64,000 bases of DNA. It comes from Azolla caroliniana. Its lineage: Eukaryota > Plantae > Polypodiophyta. The notes beneath the pieces were generated by a model. That model was not told the DNA's origin. It did no database searches and saw nothing but the letters and a program-made list of their open reading frames with translations. Location: contig JBHGNT010000009.1 in the NCBI GenBank assembly GCA_043228905.1, positions 9,610,001-9,674,000 of the forward strand. The letters are read 5' to 3'. This document shows positions 36,175-48,734 of this stretch, one piece after another. The position numbers and the translations under genes are program-made. Position 1 is the first letter of the stretch, and each line of letters starts with the position of its first letter.

Positions 36175-36823
36175 TGTCATGCCTTTCGGCTCCGGATCGT
36201 TGCGTGAGTCGGGTGGGAACCACTGAGGTTTTGGACTAGGAGAAAGAAGAATACAATATAAGGTTAGTTATGAATAGGTAGAAAGAGAAGTAAGAAATAA
36301 AACTTGTGAATCCCACGTGTTTAGTGTATTTAATCACTATTTAGATTGTAAGAAAGAGAATTTTGATGATAAACTCGTGAATCCCACGAATATATTAGAT
36401 TGATCAATCCTTGTAAAATAATCAACAACCCCATACATCTTTCTCTCCTCCTTATATAAGGATGGAAGAGGCTAATAGCTTCATGCTTTTTCTAAAGTGT
36501 TCATGCACACTAAATGTGCATGAGTTGCCTTATACACTATGCTTTTATTTCCTAAATATAGTGCTCATGCTCGCTAGATGTGCACGAGTAATTTTTTATT
36601 GGTGTACATTTTTCTTATAAATAAAGTATTCACGCATTCTAAAAATAAAGGTTGGGGTTTGTCTATGTGGAGGTATAAGGTTCGAATCTTGCCCTTTGCA
36701 CGTAATAATTATTTTAATATTTTTATTTTTATTTAATTTTATTTATTTATTTTATTTATGCGTAATTAAATCGGATATATTATATTTACATTTTTCACGT
36801 AGTGTATGAAATACACTACGACA
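36175..36823 (-). mobile_element. Solo LTR of a Phygy-like element
   Basis: TGTC...GACA ends; one end matches the end of LTR 40211-41047; interrupts copia RT at QFMHNP|PRNL; flanks CCGA/CCGC. Confidence 0.9.
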
Positions 36824-37300
36824 CCGCGAAACCTTCATCTCGATTGCACTAAGAGGATACTCCGGTATGTCTGTACTACGATGGATTACGGCATTATGTA
36901 TAAGTCAAATACGACCATTCGACTTGAAGGATACACAGACGCGGACTGGACAGGCTACAAAGCAGATAGACGATCCACATCCGGATTTGTCTTCTCCCTT
37001 GGTAGCGGAGCGATCTCTTGGACCAGTAAAAGGCAACCGACAATTGCACTGTCAAGCATGGAAGTTGAATACATGGGTGCGACAATCGCCGCATGTGAAT
37101 CCGTATGGCTCAAGCGCATACTGAAAGATCTGGGTGTTCCCATTATGGATCCAATTCGCCTCTTCTGTGAAAACATTAGCAACATCTACCTTGCTCGGAA
37201 CCCCGTCTTCCATGTGCAGACTAAACACATCAAAGTGCACTACCACTTCATCCACAAGCGTATACAAGCCGGAGAAATCGATCTACAACATATCAGTATG

Positions 37301-39182
37301 CTATGAACCGGCCATCTTTCTCGATAAAGCAACCTTCTTTGTTGAAGCAAACTTCCATTCCTTGCTCCACAATTTGGCCTACCGAGACCAAATTCTTCGT
37401 TATTGTGGGCACATGTAAGACATTCTTGATGCAATTGTTCTTTCCATCGTTGCCGAATGGAACATTGCCGATGTGCCGAATGGGACGTGTGGTGTCGTCT
37501 CCCATCTCTACGATCCGGTGTTCGTAAATCACGAAACCACTCTTCGTGAGATGTCATGTGATGTGAGGTGCCGGAATCGATGAACCACACGTCTTCCGAG
37601 TTGGGGGTGCTTGTAGAGTTGGAGGCCAACATAGAGTTCGCTCTATGTCTCATTACGAATAGTCCGTCGTAATCATCGTATTCGGAGTTGACGGTGTAAT
37701 TCGTGAGTTGTTGACTTGTGGAAGCCGACTCACTTCTCTTTTTCCGACATTCCACCTCATAGTGACCGATTTTGCAGCAATATTGCAAGTTACAGGCCTC
37801 GTTTGCCAACCATGTTCGGCATGGAAGCTCCCTCTTCTTCCGAAGGTTCCTCGATGGCTTCCGTGAAGGTTTGAGTTCCCTTCGTGTGATGGACCAAATT
37901 GGCCTCTTCTACCGCCGTGACCTCCTCCCCCGTGACCTCGTCCTCGGCCACCATCCGAACTTGAGAAGAACATTTGTCCTTCCGACGTCTTCATCTTGGT
38001 TCGGACATGGTTCTCTTCGACCAATAACATTGATTGGAGGTCGGAGAACGAAGGAGGGTTTTCCCTCGCCAACATTGCCGACCTCAACGAGTCGAATCGT
38101 TGTGCGAGGCCGCCCAGGCATACTTGAACCATCTCGTCTTCGTCAACATTTATTTTGATGGAGCCAAGCGAGTCACAAATGCTCTTGATCTTGGCGGTGT
38201 AGTCTGACACTGACATGTCCTTTTGCCGAATGTTGTTGAACTCTTGTGGGAGTTGAAGCTTTCGGGCAGTCGTGTTGGCGGCGAACATTTTCTTTAAGTT
38301 CTCCCACGCCTCCTTGGGCGTCTTGGCGTCTCGAATGTGGCTAAGCATGTGGTCGTGGACACATGTTGCCAAGCACAACATGACTCGACTCGCCGCTTGC
38401 TCCCATGTTGCATAGTCAGCATTCTTTGAGTCAGGTCGATTTTCTTGAGCGCCGTTGATGTAGCTCCAATACCCTTGGCCGACGAGGTATTGGGTCATCT
38501 TGTACTACCAAGATGAATAATTGCTCTAGTCTAGCTTTTCACTAGGGAGCGAGCTACCCATTTGTGTGTTCATTTTGATGTAGTGTCTTCCTTTTTTGAT
38601 TTGTTTCCCTCGATCACGTACTCGTGTTACGTAGCAGCACTACGGTAGCGGATAGCCGGAATTTGTCGTCCGCGTTTCGAACACACAATTATGAAGAGGC
38701 GGATGGGCTTAGTGAATGTGCTAAACCACACACTGTGATACCATGTTAAGAATTAGGTAAGTAATAATTAAGTATGGGTTAATTAATACCTAATTAAATG
38801 ATTAAGATAAGCGGAAGATTAAGTGATATGTGTGTGTATGTGTGTGAGAGGAAGAGAGAGAGGAAGATACAGTTATGAACAACACAAAATGGGGGATGAG
38901 TAACTATATGAAATTAGCATTATCATCATCATCAAAATACAAAATACCTACAATGAGGTATATATAGTGCTAGGGTGCACATTTGTGAGTATAATATAGG
39001 TACAAAAGTGTAAGTCCTATATTAAATGTACTTAGGAGTGGAGGATCTAGAATATCCCACTTAAGTACAAGGTCCTATTTAAGGCATTATAGTCAACACT
39101 TCTGACTAGATTCTATCTAGGTAACTATGACGTTACATGGTTAACTAAATAACTAAACTAAGTTGAGCTTGATCTCTCAACA
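37301..39182 (-). mobile_element. 5' portion of a copia element (LTR 38744-39182, Met PBS, gag and protease)
   Basis: gag ORF 37653-38498, WFIDSGTSHHMT protease, PBS TGGTATCACAG at 38733-38743. Confidence 0.88.
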
Positions 39183-39526
39183 CACTTCTATATCTTCCAA
39201 CTTCCGCTCCAACCGTCGAATCCTCAATGTTAGAAGATCTTCTCTACTTATCTCATCTTGCCATGGCAATGCAAACCTTGCCATGGCTCAACAATGTGGG
39301 CGTAGTGTGGAATCCAAATATGATAAAACGCGCATGCTCCAAGGAACCTTCAAACCTCCGTTTGGGTTACACATTCTTCTTTCATGTCTCGGATTGCATT
39401 CACCTTGGATGGCGAAGGCTTCCGACCGTATGCTCCACACAAGTGACCTACCACCAAGATCTCGGTTGCCCGAATGCGGATTTTTCTCCCGAAAATGTCA
39501 AATTCGCATCTTTGAGCCTTTGGCTC
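39183..39526 (-). pseudogene. Phygy-like RT/connection fragment
   Basis: EILVVGHLCGAYGRKPSPSKVNAI...FLGACAFYHIWIPHYA matches about 44430-44600. Confidence 0.75.
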
Positions 39527-39594
39527 TATAAGGGAATGAGGAGCGAGAGTGGCTGAGATGCAACGGAAGGACTGTGTGTGTACGTAGGGCAAAA

Positions 39595-39637
<43 letters not shown>

Positions 39638-40489
39638 CTTAAAACAGAGATAAACGATTGTTTATTACATTAACCAAAATACTTCCAACAATAACTAAGT
39701 TGCAAGGGGTTGGTTTAAATACCAACTAAACTAGGGCAGGTGCACTTTCTACTATTTACAAAACTAGCCTGGTATAACTATGAGCTAGTGTGAAACCTAT
39801 TACTATGGGAAGTTGAGTTCGACTCTCTACACTCCCCTTCGAACACAACTTCCATCTGTCCAAAAGTTGTTTCGGTTTGGTCTTCGGAATCCGGCTTCCG
39901 GTGTTCGTAATCCTCGAACTAGATTGTTCGGCTTTTCGGCTTTGTGCTTGGTTCAATTAACTACGTGTTGTGTACTCCATCAATTCTGGATAGTGCATGT
40001 GTCGCTCGCAGTACTCCCCCTCAAGCTCGGCAATGTGGATGTCGTGAGACCAAGATTCGATGCGAATTTCCCGAGCTTGTCGACTCCTAAGGCCTTCGTA
40101 AAAATATCAGCAACTTGGAGCTGCATACTGATATGATGTAGATCGATTTCTCTGGATTGTACGGGCTCGCGAATGAAGTGGTAGTGCACTTTGATATGCT
40201 TAGTACGCGTTGTCGTAGTATAATTCGCACACTACGTGAAAATTACATTTTTGTCCATCTGGATGGAATCGGTAAGGAGGAACTGGTGAGAACCGGATGA
40301 AGGATGAAATCGGTAAGGAGGAACCAGTGAGAACCAGATGAAGTATGGAATCGGCAAGGAGGAACCGGTAAGGAGAACCGGTAATAATTGGATCAAGCAG
40401 AACCGGCAAAAGCCGGATAAAGAAGGCCAGTGAGAATCTCTCACCAGATGAAGAGACAAATTTGTAAATAAAAGAGAAGATTGTTACAT

Positions 40490-40560
40490 GCATAGGGCAG
40501 GATTTGAACCTTGTACCTCCAGGTTAACGATTTTTAAGCCTTACCACTATACTAGCATAT
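40490..40560 (-). promoter_or_regulatory. tRNA-like A/B-box module in LTR U3 (second copy about 46947-47017)
   Basis: Minus strand TAGTATAGTGGTAAG ... GGAGGTACAAGGTTCAAATCC; 44 nt from the A-box start to the B-box start. Confidence 0.65.
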
Positions 40561-41153
40561 TATGAATTTTAAAGTTATACTAAACTTTATCCCATGTAAA
40601 TATTCTAGATATGCATGGTACAAAATGTTATTCATGCATACACACTCGAGTTAAAAGGAAAAAGATGGGATAGAAAGCTAATCATGCACATGCAGTGTGC
40701 ATGAAAACTAAAGTTAGGAAAAGCATGATGCTGGCATATGATAAACTTAGACTCTTCCAACACTATATAAGTAAGAGAGAAAGATGTATAGGGGTTGTTG
40801 ATTATTTTACAAGGGTGGATTAATATAATATAATTGTGGGATTCACGAATTTGCGAAATATTTTTCTCTCTTAATCTGAGTACTCACTAATACACTATAC
40901 TCGTGGGATTCACGAGTTTTTCATATCTTTCTTTCTTACAATATATTTCATATTCTTAATTTCCTTAGAATTTTCTTTTCTCCTTCTTCAAAACCTCAGT
41001 GGTTCCCGCCCGACTCACGCAATGATCCAGGGCCGAAAGGCACGACACATTTGGTGAACCCGATATGAACACAGGTGGCAAGGAGATGGAAAATCAACCG
41101 GAGGCTAACAACATAATGATGAGGTTCGAGCAGATGCTTCAAGACAACGTGCG

Positions 41154-44100
41154 ATGTCGGAGATAGCGGCGGCAGTAGAGCGGCTCGTGCAATGGATCGG
41201 GCAATTCAACGGAAAGGACGTATCACGCTATCTTCGGGACTACAAGGCGGAAATGCTACGGTGCAGAATTTTGGAAGGACTGCAATTGAAATCCTTCAAC
41301 CGGGTGGCTACCGACGGGCTTCAAGCAAGTATCCACGGGCTACGACAACAAAATCCAACGTGGGAAGCGTTTGAAGAGGTGCTAAAGACCACGCTCGCTA
41401 TCGAGGACTCCTCCAAGGCAACGTGGAGAGGATTAGAGGAGTGGGTGGAAACGCCGGACAAGGGGATGAAGGTGCTCGATGTGTTTTTGGCATTTGAAAG
41501 TCGGTTTGGGAGGTTGTCTGCGAGAGATCAAGCTATCCTCGCACCGGACGAAGTTATCATGTTCTTACGAGCCGTAGACGTTCGAGATTGGAAGGATCTT
41601 GGAGTGCTTCTAGAGGACACGACTACGGAGAGTGGCCTCACCGAAACATGGGAAAGCGTGCGGGATATCGTCGCGTGATACACAAAGAGGGGGCAATGGC
41701 TTGCCAACGAAGAAAAGAGGGTTTCGGAACCGATTCCGAAACCGAGATCCGGATCGGAAGACCATCAACCACGGGCTCGGGAAGCTATGTCCGAGAAGGG
41801 AATCGACACAACTACAGTGGAGCAGTTGCTGAAGGAGATGGAGAATCTAAAAATTGCGATGGTGAAGAAGTTGGATGACCGTCCCACAAGTTCCAAGTAT
41901 ATGGATCGTCGGTGCATATGGTGCGATAGCACCGAACATGATCGGAGGGATTGCGACGAGCACAAGGAAGCGCTACGACTGGATCTTATCTACTACGAGG
42001 GAAATCAGATTCATTTGATGGACTCTCGGAAACCACTCCGACCGAACTTCCGAAAAGGCGGCATGAAGAAGGTCCTAGAGGAGGAAATAGCGGCGAAGAC
42101 CAATTACGCGACAACCGCGGGAATACGTGTCAGGGAGCCATCGGGAGTAAAGGTGTCTTTTTGGCCGGAAGTGCTAGAAAACACCGAGAAAACTGACTCC
42201 AACGAGATCTGAAGCACCGCGGAATGCATTCGGGAAGCTACGGGATGGGAGTGCCCCATCGATAAGAATAGCGTATACGCCCTATGTCAATTACATGAGG
42301 TGTATGTGGACGAGAAGCGATGACACATGGAAGATGCAGCCGAACCATCGAAGACATCGGAGAGCTAGAACTCTGATGGAAGAGGGAAAGGAAAAATGAT
42401 TCCGACATTCAAACTCGCTTCTGACATCGAGCAACGGACGAACATAAAGAAAGTGTTCGAGGAGAGAATCCTCGACAACCGGGTAGATTTTTCACTTCGG
42501 GAACTACTCGGAATAGCAGAAAAGGAATTCCATGATCTTCTTGTGGATCTCGTGAAAAGAAAAAGACAAACTACGGAGGAAAATGCGCCGATGGTGAATG
42601 AAAATACCATTCTGATAAACGACACCGAAGTGGAGGAAGAAATTCCGAACTCCCACTACACAAGGCCACACTGGGCACGTGCAACTACGGAGACTCCGGT
42701 CCGGATCGGCAACATCAAAGAGCCCGTGCTAGCATTGATTGATCACGGATCGGAGATCAATTTGATGTCTAAGGAGTTCTACTGGAAGGGGAAGTGGCCT
42801 ATTAACACCAATCATGGATGGAAGATCCGGGCGGCCACTAAAGCAACGAAAGATCTATTTGCGGCTTGTCCGGATGTGACGGTGAAGATCGGAGATGTCG
42901 AGATCGACCAAAATTTCTTTGTACAAGACGAGGTCTCACACTCCGTGATCCTTGGGCAACCCTTTATCACGGCTTCACGGATGGAGACAAAGGTGCTCGA
43001 TAGCAGTGCGGCTTTCGCACGAATTCGGAGCCAAAGTGGAGGGAAATCCATCCAATTCCTACTTGTGCCGGCAAATCATGAAAGGAACAAGAGAGAGCTC
43101 ATGTCCCAAACAAGGATGGATTTTTAAAGCGGACTGTTGCGGAGTGGAGAAGTGATAGTCCGAGAAGCCCTGATACCCCACACAGGAAGAAAACTCTTGG
43201 AGCAAAACAAGTACGAATTGGTCCAGATGGGGCATCCACGTACACGGCCGTAACCGGAGGAAAGAAGAAAGAATATCGAAAAGTGGAGGATAAGTTGCGG
43301 TCGGCATCAATAATAAAGGAAGACGAAGAAATTGTGGGGGTAGTTGAAGAAGTGTTCTATGGGAGCTTGTGGAGGGTAAAAGCCAAGGAGACCAGGTAGT
43401 CCCAATGGAATTGGTCGAGATGTACGAGATCATTGTGAAAATGGGGTCGGATGCGCTCCGCAAAGAAGAAGCAATGGTAAGTACGAAATACAAGACCGTG
43501 GAGAAGAAGGTGAAACTAGCCGCGGGACCACTACCCGCCGATAGCGAACAAAAGAGGAAAGAAGTCTCGAGAGATCCGACACTTCGGAAGTCCGTGGATA
43601 TCGGACATGTCTTCACGGATGAGACCCGGAAGAAACTTCGGATCAGTGGAAGTGGGTTCATATTAAAGAATGAAGAAGAACGATGTCGTGAGATGCTAGA
43701 GCGACATGGGAGAGCATTTGCATTTACATCGAAAGAAATAGGATGCGCTGGCCCGAAGATAGTGGAGCCGATGGTGATCTTCACGATTGACCATGTGCCA
43801 TGGAACCTGAACCCGATTCCACTACCACGGGTGCATATTCCGAAAGTCATCGACTTGCTCAAGGAGAAGGTGGCGATGGGGATTCTAGAGCCATCAAACG
43901 CTCCATACTCGAATTGATGGTTTACAGTTCTGAAGAAGAATTGATCACTCCGATTTATCCAAGACTTGGAACTGGTGAACAAGGTCACGATCCGGAACTC
44001 GGGAGTCGGTCCGATAGTGGACGAATTTGCGGAAGCATTTGTCGTTCGTGCGATATACTCCATCGGAGACCTGTGCTCGGGGTATGACCAATTCCAACTA

Positions 44101-46730
44101 GCCGTGGAGAGTTGAGACATCACTACCATGCGTACACTGATAGGATTAGTCCGTATGTGCACACTACCACAAGGCGAAACAAACTAGGTCGCACATATGA
44201 AGAATGCAATGAACAAGGTGCTCCGGGACTACATTTCAGAGATAACGATGCCATTCCTAGATGTCATTCCGATAAAAGGATGCGTGGTGGAAGAAAAAGA
44301 TGAGACTATGGATGATCGGGGATGCAGACAGTTCGTAGTCAACCATATTCGTGATTGCGAGAAAGTGCTTCAAAAGTTAGAAGATGTGCACCTAACACTT
44401 TTCGGGGAGAAATCGGCCTTTGGGCAAGAAGAAATATTGGTACTCGAATATCTATGTGAGCCCTACGGCCGAAGACTGTCACCAACCAAGATCGATGCGA
44501 TTCAAGCTATGAAGGAAGTATGCGAGTCACAATCCGAAGTCCGAAGGTTTCTTGGAGCGTGTGCATTCTATCACATATGGATTCCGCACTATGCACATAT
44601 TGCGGACCCACATATGGAAACCGGAGCATACCAAAGCCGTGAAGAAGCTCAAGAAATCACTACGGAGGGCAAAAGCACTAAAGAAGACGAACTATGACCG
44701 ACCGATTATAGTAACGGTTGACACAAGTCCAATCGGAATCGGATGGGTCATCAATCAAGCCAACTCGGATGGCTTGCGATATCCGATCCAATTCGGAGCA
44801 AATGTTCTCAATGAAAGGCAATGCGGGTACGCACAAGTCAAAAGAGGATTATGGGGAGTCGTGTCGGCAATCAAATTGGATCGAGATTATTTGATTGGAG
44901 CCGAAGTAGTGATCGAAACAGATTGTCTTCCAATACTCGGGATGATGTGGTGTTGCACGATACCGGATGTGGCTATGCTGAGAAGGATTGCATATGTTAA
45001 GTCGCTTAACACGGACGTACGACACATCTCCGGAAAAGACAACGCGGTAGCGGATATGTTATCAAGGGCTCGGTTCGGAAACGACATAGCCGAATCCAAT
45101 AATGAAGAAGTTTCTAAAGACTACTTTGCTTCGGAGCATATATGTCGAGTAAACGTAATCCGCGAATTCCGAGAAGAAGAATATGAGGGAGAAAGCCTGA
45201 CAATCGGGAAGATGCTACAAGAGATCGAGGTGTCAACGAACGATAAAGAAAAGAGAGCCGAGATCCGAAGTAAGAAGCGACAAGTCCGAAAGTTCTTCTT
45301 GAAAAAATGGATTAATATGGAGGGAGCCGAAAAGACCGGATGGCATACCACTTCGGGTAGTCAGGACGAAAGAGCAACGAAACCGGATAATATCCGACTT
45401 TCATGAATCCGATTGGGCTGGACATCGAGGAACATGGGCAACTTTTGTGAAAATCAAACAAAAATATTGGTGGAAGAATATGTACAAAGATGTAGCGGAG
45501 TTCACGAGAAGCTGCAAGAAGTGTCAAGTCTACTCCGAGGTTCGACACCGAGATGAATTACATCCAATATTTTCATTGACAATCAACTTCAAGTGGATGG
45601 TCGACATTGTAGCCATGCCAACGGGGATCGGACAAAAGAAGTACTTGGTGTTAGCTCGGGAAGATCTCACAAACCAAGTAGAAGGTCGAGCACTACAAAG
45701 GAAAACGTGTTCTGCAGTATGCCAATTTCTTTTGGAGGAGGTGTTTTGTAGGTATGGGTGCGTAGGACAAGTGGTTGCGGATCGGGGAGAACTCGACTCT
45801 GATAAAGCTAGGGAATTCTTCACCAAACATGGAGTTCAGTTAACACTAACAATGGCATACAATCCAGAGGCCATTGGGAAAATCGAACAAGGACATAGTC
45901 CGATCGTCAAAGCACTTGCCAAAGCATGCGACGGAAGGGTGAAGGATTCGCCGCAGATGCTCCCGTATGCACTATAGGCGGATCGACGACACATAGCTCC
46001 GTAACCGGTTATATGCCGACAGAACTTATGACCAAACAAGCACCGGTAATGCCAACGGAAACCACGATTGCGACATGGACAGTGCTACCGTGGAAGGAAG
46101 AGATGAGCCAGGACGAACTACTGGCGGTCCGATACGACAACTAGAGGGAAGACCGGAAGACATAGCGGAAGCAACATGCCGACAACAAGAAGCACGATTT
46201 AGGAACAAAAGCCGATTCGACACAAAACATCGACAACGCCGACAACACGCCGACAACAAGAAGCCGATTCAGGAACAAAAGCCGATTCGACACGATCGTG
46301 GAAGATTGAAGAAGGAGATTGGGTGATTGTCTATCACAATAGTCTAGATCATCAACATACAACGATACGGAAGTTTGCGAAAAGGTGGTTCGGGCCATAC
46401 GAGGTTCAAAAAGTTTTCGACAACGGAACTTACCGACTATGCGAGTTGGATGGAACGATACTACGAGTGCCTATAGTGGGGAAGCGGGTAATGATTTTCA
46501 AGAAGCGGACTGACGATGAACCCTATGTTACCCTAGACAAGACCGACAACGAGGAGCAGCCGGACAAAGATCGCGGTGATGCAGAAAGCGAAGAAAGTGG
46601 TCTACAATTGATGGTTGATAGAAGGGAGGAATTGGGTAGTGCTACGGATGAAGACGAACAACAGGCATCGGGAACTTCGGCACATATAGGAGGATGTGCG
46701 GGTTTGGAGGGGGCGAGTGTCGTAGTCTAA
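41154..46730 (+). pseudogene. Degenerate gag-PR and RT-RH-INT of the Phygy-like element
   Basis: Series of ORF fragments with gypsy motifs (TVDTSPIGIG, WMVDIV, VVADRGE, YNPEA, WFGPY). Confidence 0.92.
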
Positions 46731-47948
46731 TACGCACACTACGTGAAATTTGGATGAAGGATGGAATCGGTAAGGAGGAACCGGTGAGAACCGGATGAAG
46801 GATGGAATCGGCAAGAAGGAACCGATAAGGAGAACTGATAAGAACCGGATCAAGCAGAACCAGCAAGAGTCAGATAAAGAAGGCCGGTGAGAATCTCTCA
46901 CCGAATGAAGAGACAAATTTGTAAATAGAAGAGAAGATTGTTACATGCATAGGGCAAGATTCGAACCCTGTACCTCCATATTAACGATTTTTAAGCCTTA
47001 CCACTATACTAGCATATTATGAATTTTAAAGTTATACTAAACTTTATCCCATGTAAATATTCTAGATAGCATGGTACAAGTTATTCATACATACACACTC
47101 GAGTTAAAAGGAAAAAGATGGGATAGAAAGCTAATCATGCACATGCAGTGTGCATGAAAACTAAAGTTAGGAAAAGCATGATGCTGGCATATGATAAACT
47201 TAAACTCTTCCAACACTATATAAGGAAGAGATAAAGATGTATAGGGGTTGTTGATTATTTTACAAGGGTGTATTAATATAATATAATCGTGGGATTCACG
47301 AATTTGCTAACTATTTTTCTCTCTTAATCTGAGTACTCACTAATACACTATACTCGTGGGACTCGCGAGTTTTTCATATCTTTCTTTTTTACAATATATT
47401 TCATATTCTTAATTGCCTTAGAATTTTCTTTTCTCCTAGTCCAAAACCTCAGTGGTTCCCACCCGACTCACGCAACGATCCGGTGCCGAAAGGCACAACA
47501 ACGCCTGAAATACGAGGTTTCGCGACAAGTAGATGTTGCTCAGGTTATCACAGTATAGGAAAATAAGATCTTTGACGGGTACACCCAGATCCTTCAGAAT
47601 ACGCTTGAGCCATACGACTTCGCATGCGGCGATTGCCGCGCCTCTGTATTCGGCTTCCATGCTCGATAGTGCGACTATCAACTGCTTCTTACTACTCTAG
47701 GAGATCACTCCGCTACCAAGGTAGAAGAAGAATCCGGATGTGTATCGTCTATCTGCTTTGTATCCTGCCCAGTCTGCGTCTATGTATCCTTCGAGTCGAA
47801 TGGTCGTATTTGACTGATACATAATTTCATAATCCATCGTCGTACTGACATACCAGAGTATCCTCTTAGTGCAATCGAGATGAAAGTTTTGCGGATTCTA
47901 CATGAATTGACTAAGTAGGTTGACCGAATAACTGAGGTCGAGTCGCGT

Positions 47949-48734
47949 TGTCATGAAGATTTTCGGCAATGGTGTGAAAATCGCATAAAACATACGAAAT
48001 CGAGTTGAATCATATAAAACAATAATAGTGAAAATACTATTTTAAATAAGTTTAATATCTTAGTACAAAAAGATGGAGGTCTTCAAGAGCTGTCAAATGC
48101 AGTTTACTACATAAGAAACGAACATCTAAGTCTCAAGTTATGTGGGTAGGAAGTTTACAAAGGAAAAGAGAAAGATAAAATTGTGAGATATCCCACATCG
48201 ATAAGACAAATAAGGATCTCACCATATATAAGGTAGAGCAAAAGCTACTATCTTTGTGTCTATGTGAGGAGCACACATGTTCCGGAGACTTGGGCAGTTG
48301 CAGAAAGACAACGTGAGACCCAAGAGATGGACGGTGGTGATACCCATGTAGGACACTCCATCTAGAGACTTGGGCAGTTGAGTTGAGAAGAAACGTGGGA
48401 CCCAAGAGATAGATGGTAAGAGTGATGTATGAAAGGGGAGCCAAGTATTGATCAAGAAATTAATAAGAAGAAACCTTGTAATCCTATTGTTCATGTATCA
48501 TCTCTCTTGAATCTAAAGTTAAAAGTTGAATCTTTATCTCAATATCTCTCTCTTGCCCTATCACTTTCTCTCAATCTAAAGTCAAGCGTTTAAATCTAAT
48601 CTTAATCTCTCTCTCTCCCTCAATCTATCTTAAAAGATTTCTCGCTAAAAGTAGCGCAAACTTCGAATCCTTCCGGTCCAGGACCCCGGTGGTTCCGCCT
48701 TGCGATTCGCACATAGTGACGGATTTTCACGACA
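47949..48734 (+). mobile_element. Solo LTR with 4-bp TSD GCGT
   Basis: TGTCATG...CACGACA with GCGT on both sides; both ends resemble LTR 53105-54432; interrupts copia RT. Confidence 0.92.

Larger units (their letters stand above)
26815..37300 (+). mobile_element. Ty1/copia element, 3' LTR missing, hosting a chromovirus and a solo LTR; 5' LTR about 26815-27092
   Basis: PBS TGGTATCAGAGC at 27093; gag MGSALPTKKLDRTNF from about 32684; PR, INT, RT and RH fragments to 37300; LTR homologous to 39527-39831. Confidence 0.9.
40211..47500 (+). mobile_element. Full-length Trp-primed Phygy-like Ty3/gypsy element; LTRs 40211-41047 and 46718-47500
   Basis: Paired LTRs; PBS TGGTGAACCCGATATG at 41052; PPT GGAGGGGGCGAG; gag with CIWCDSTEH, protease ALIDHGSEIN, RT, RH, INT; no chromodomain. 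Confidence 0.95.

Noticed and set aside
43059-44162. 367-codon antisense ORF
   Set aside because: It shadows pol, crosses an inferred frameshift lesion and has no motifs.
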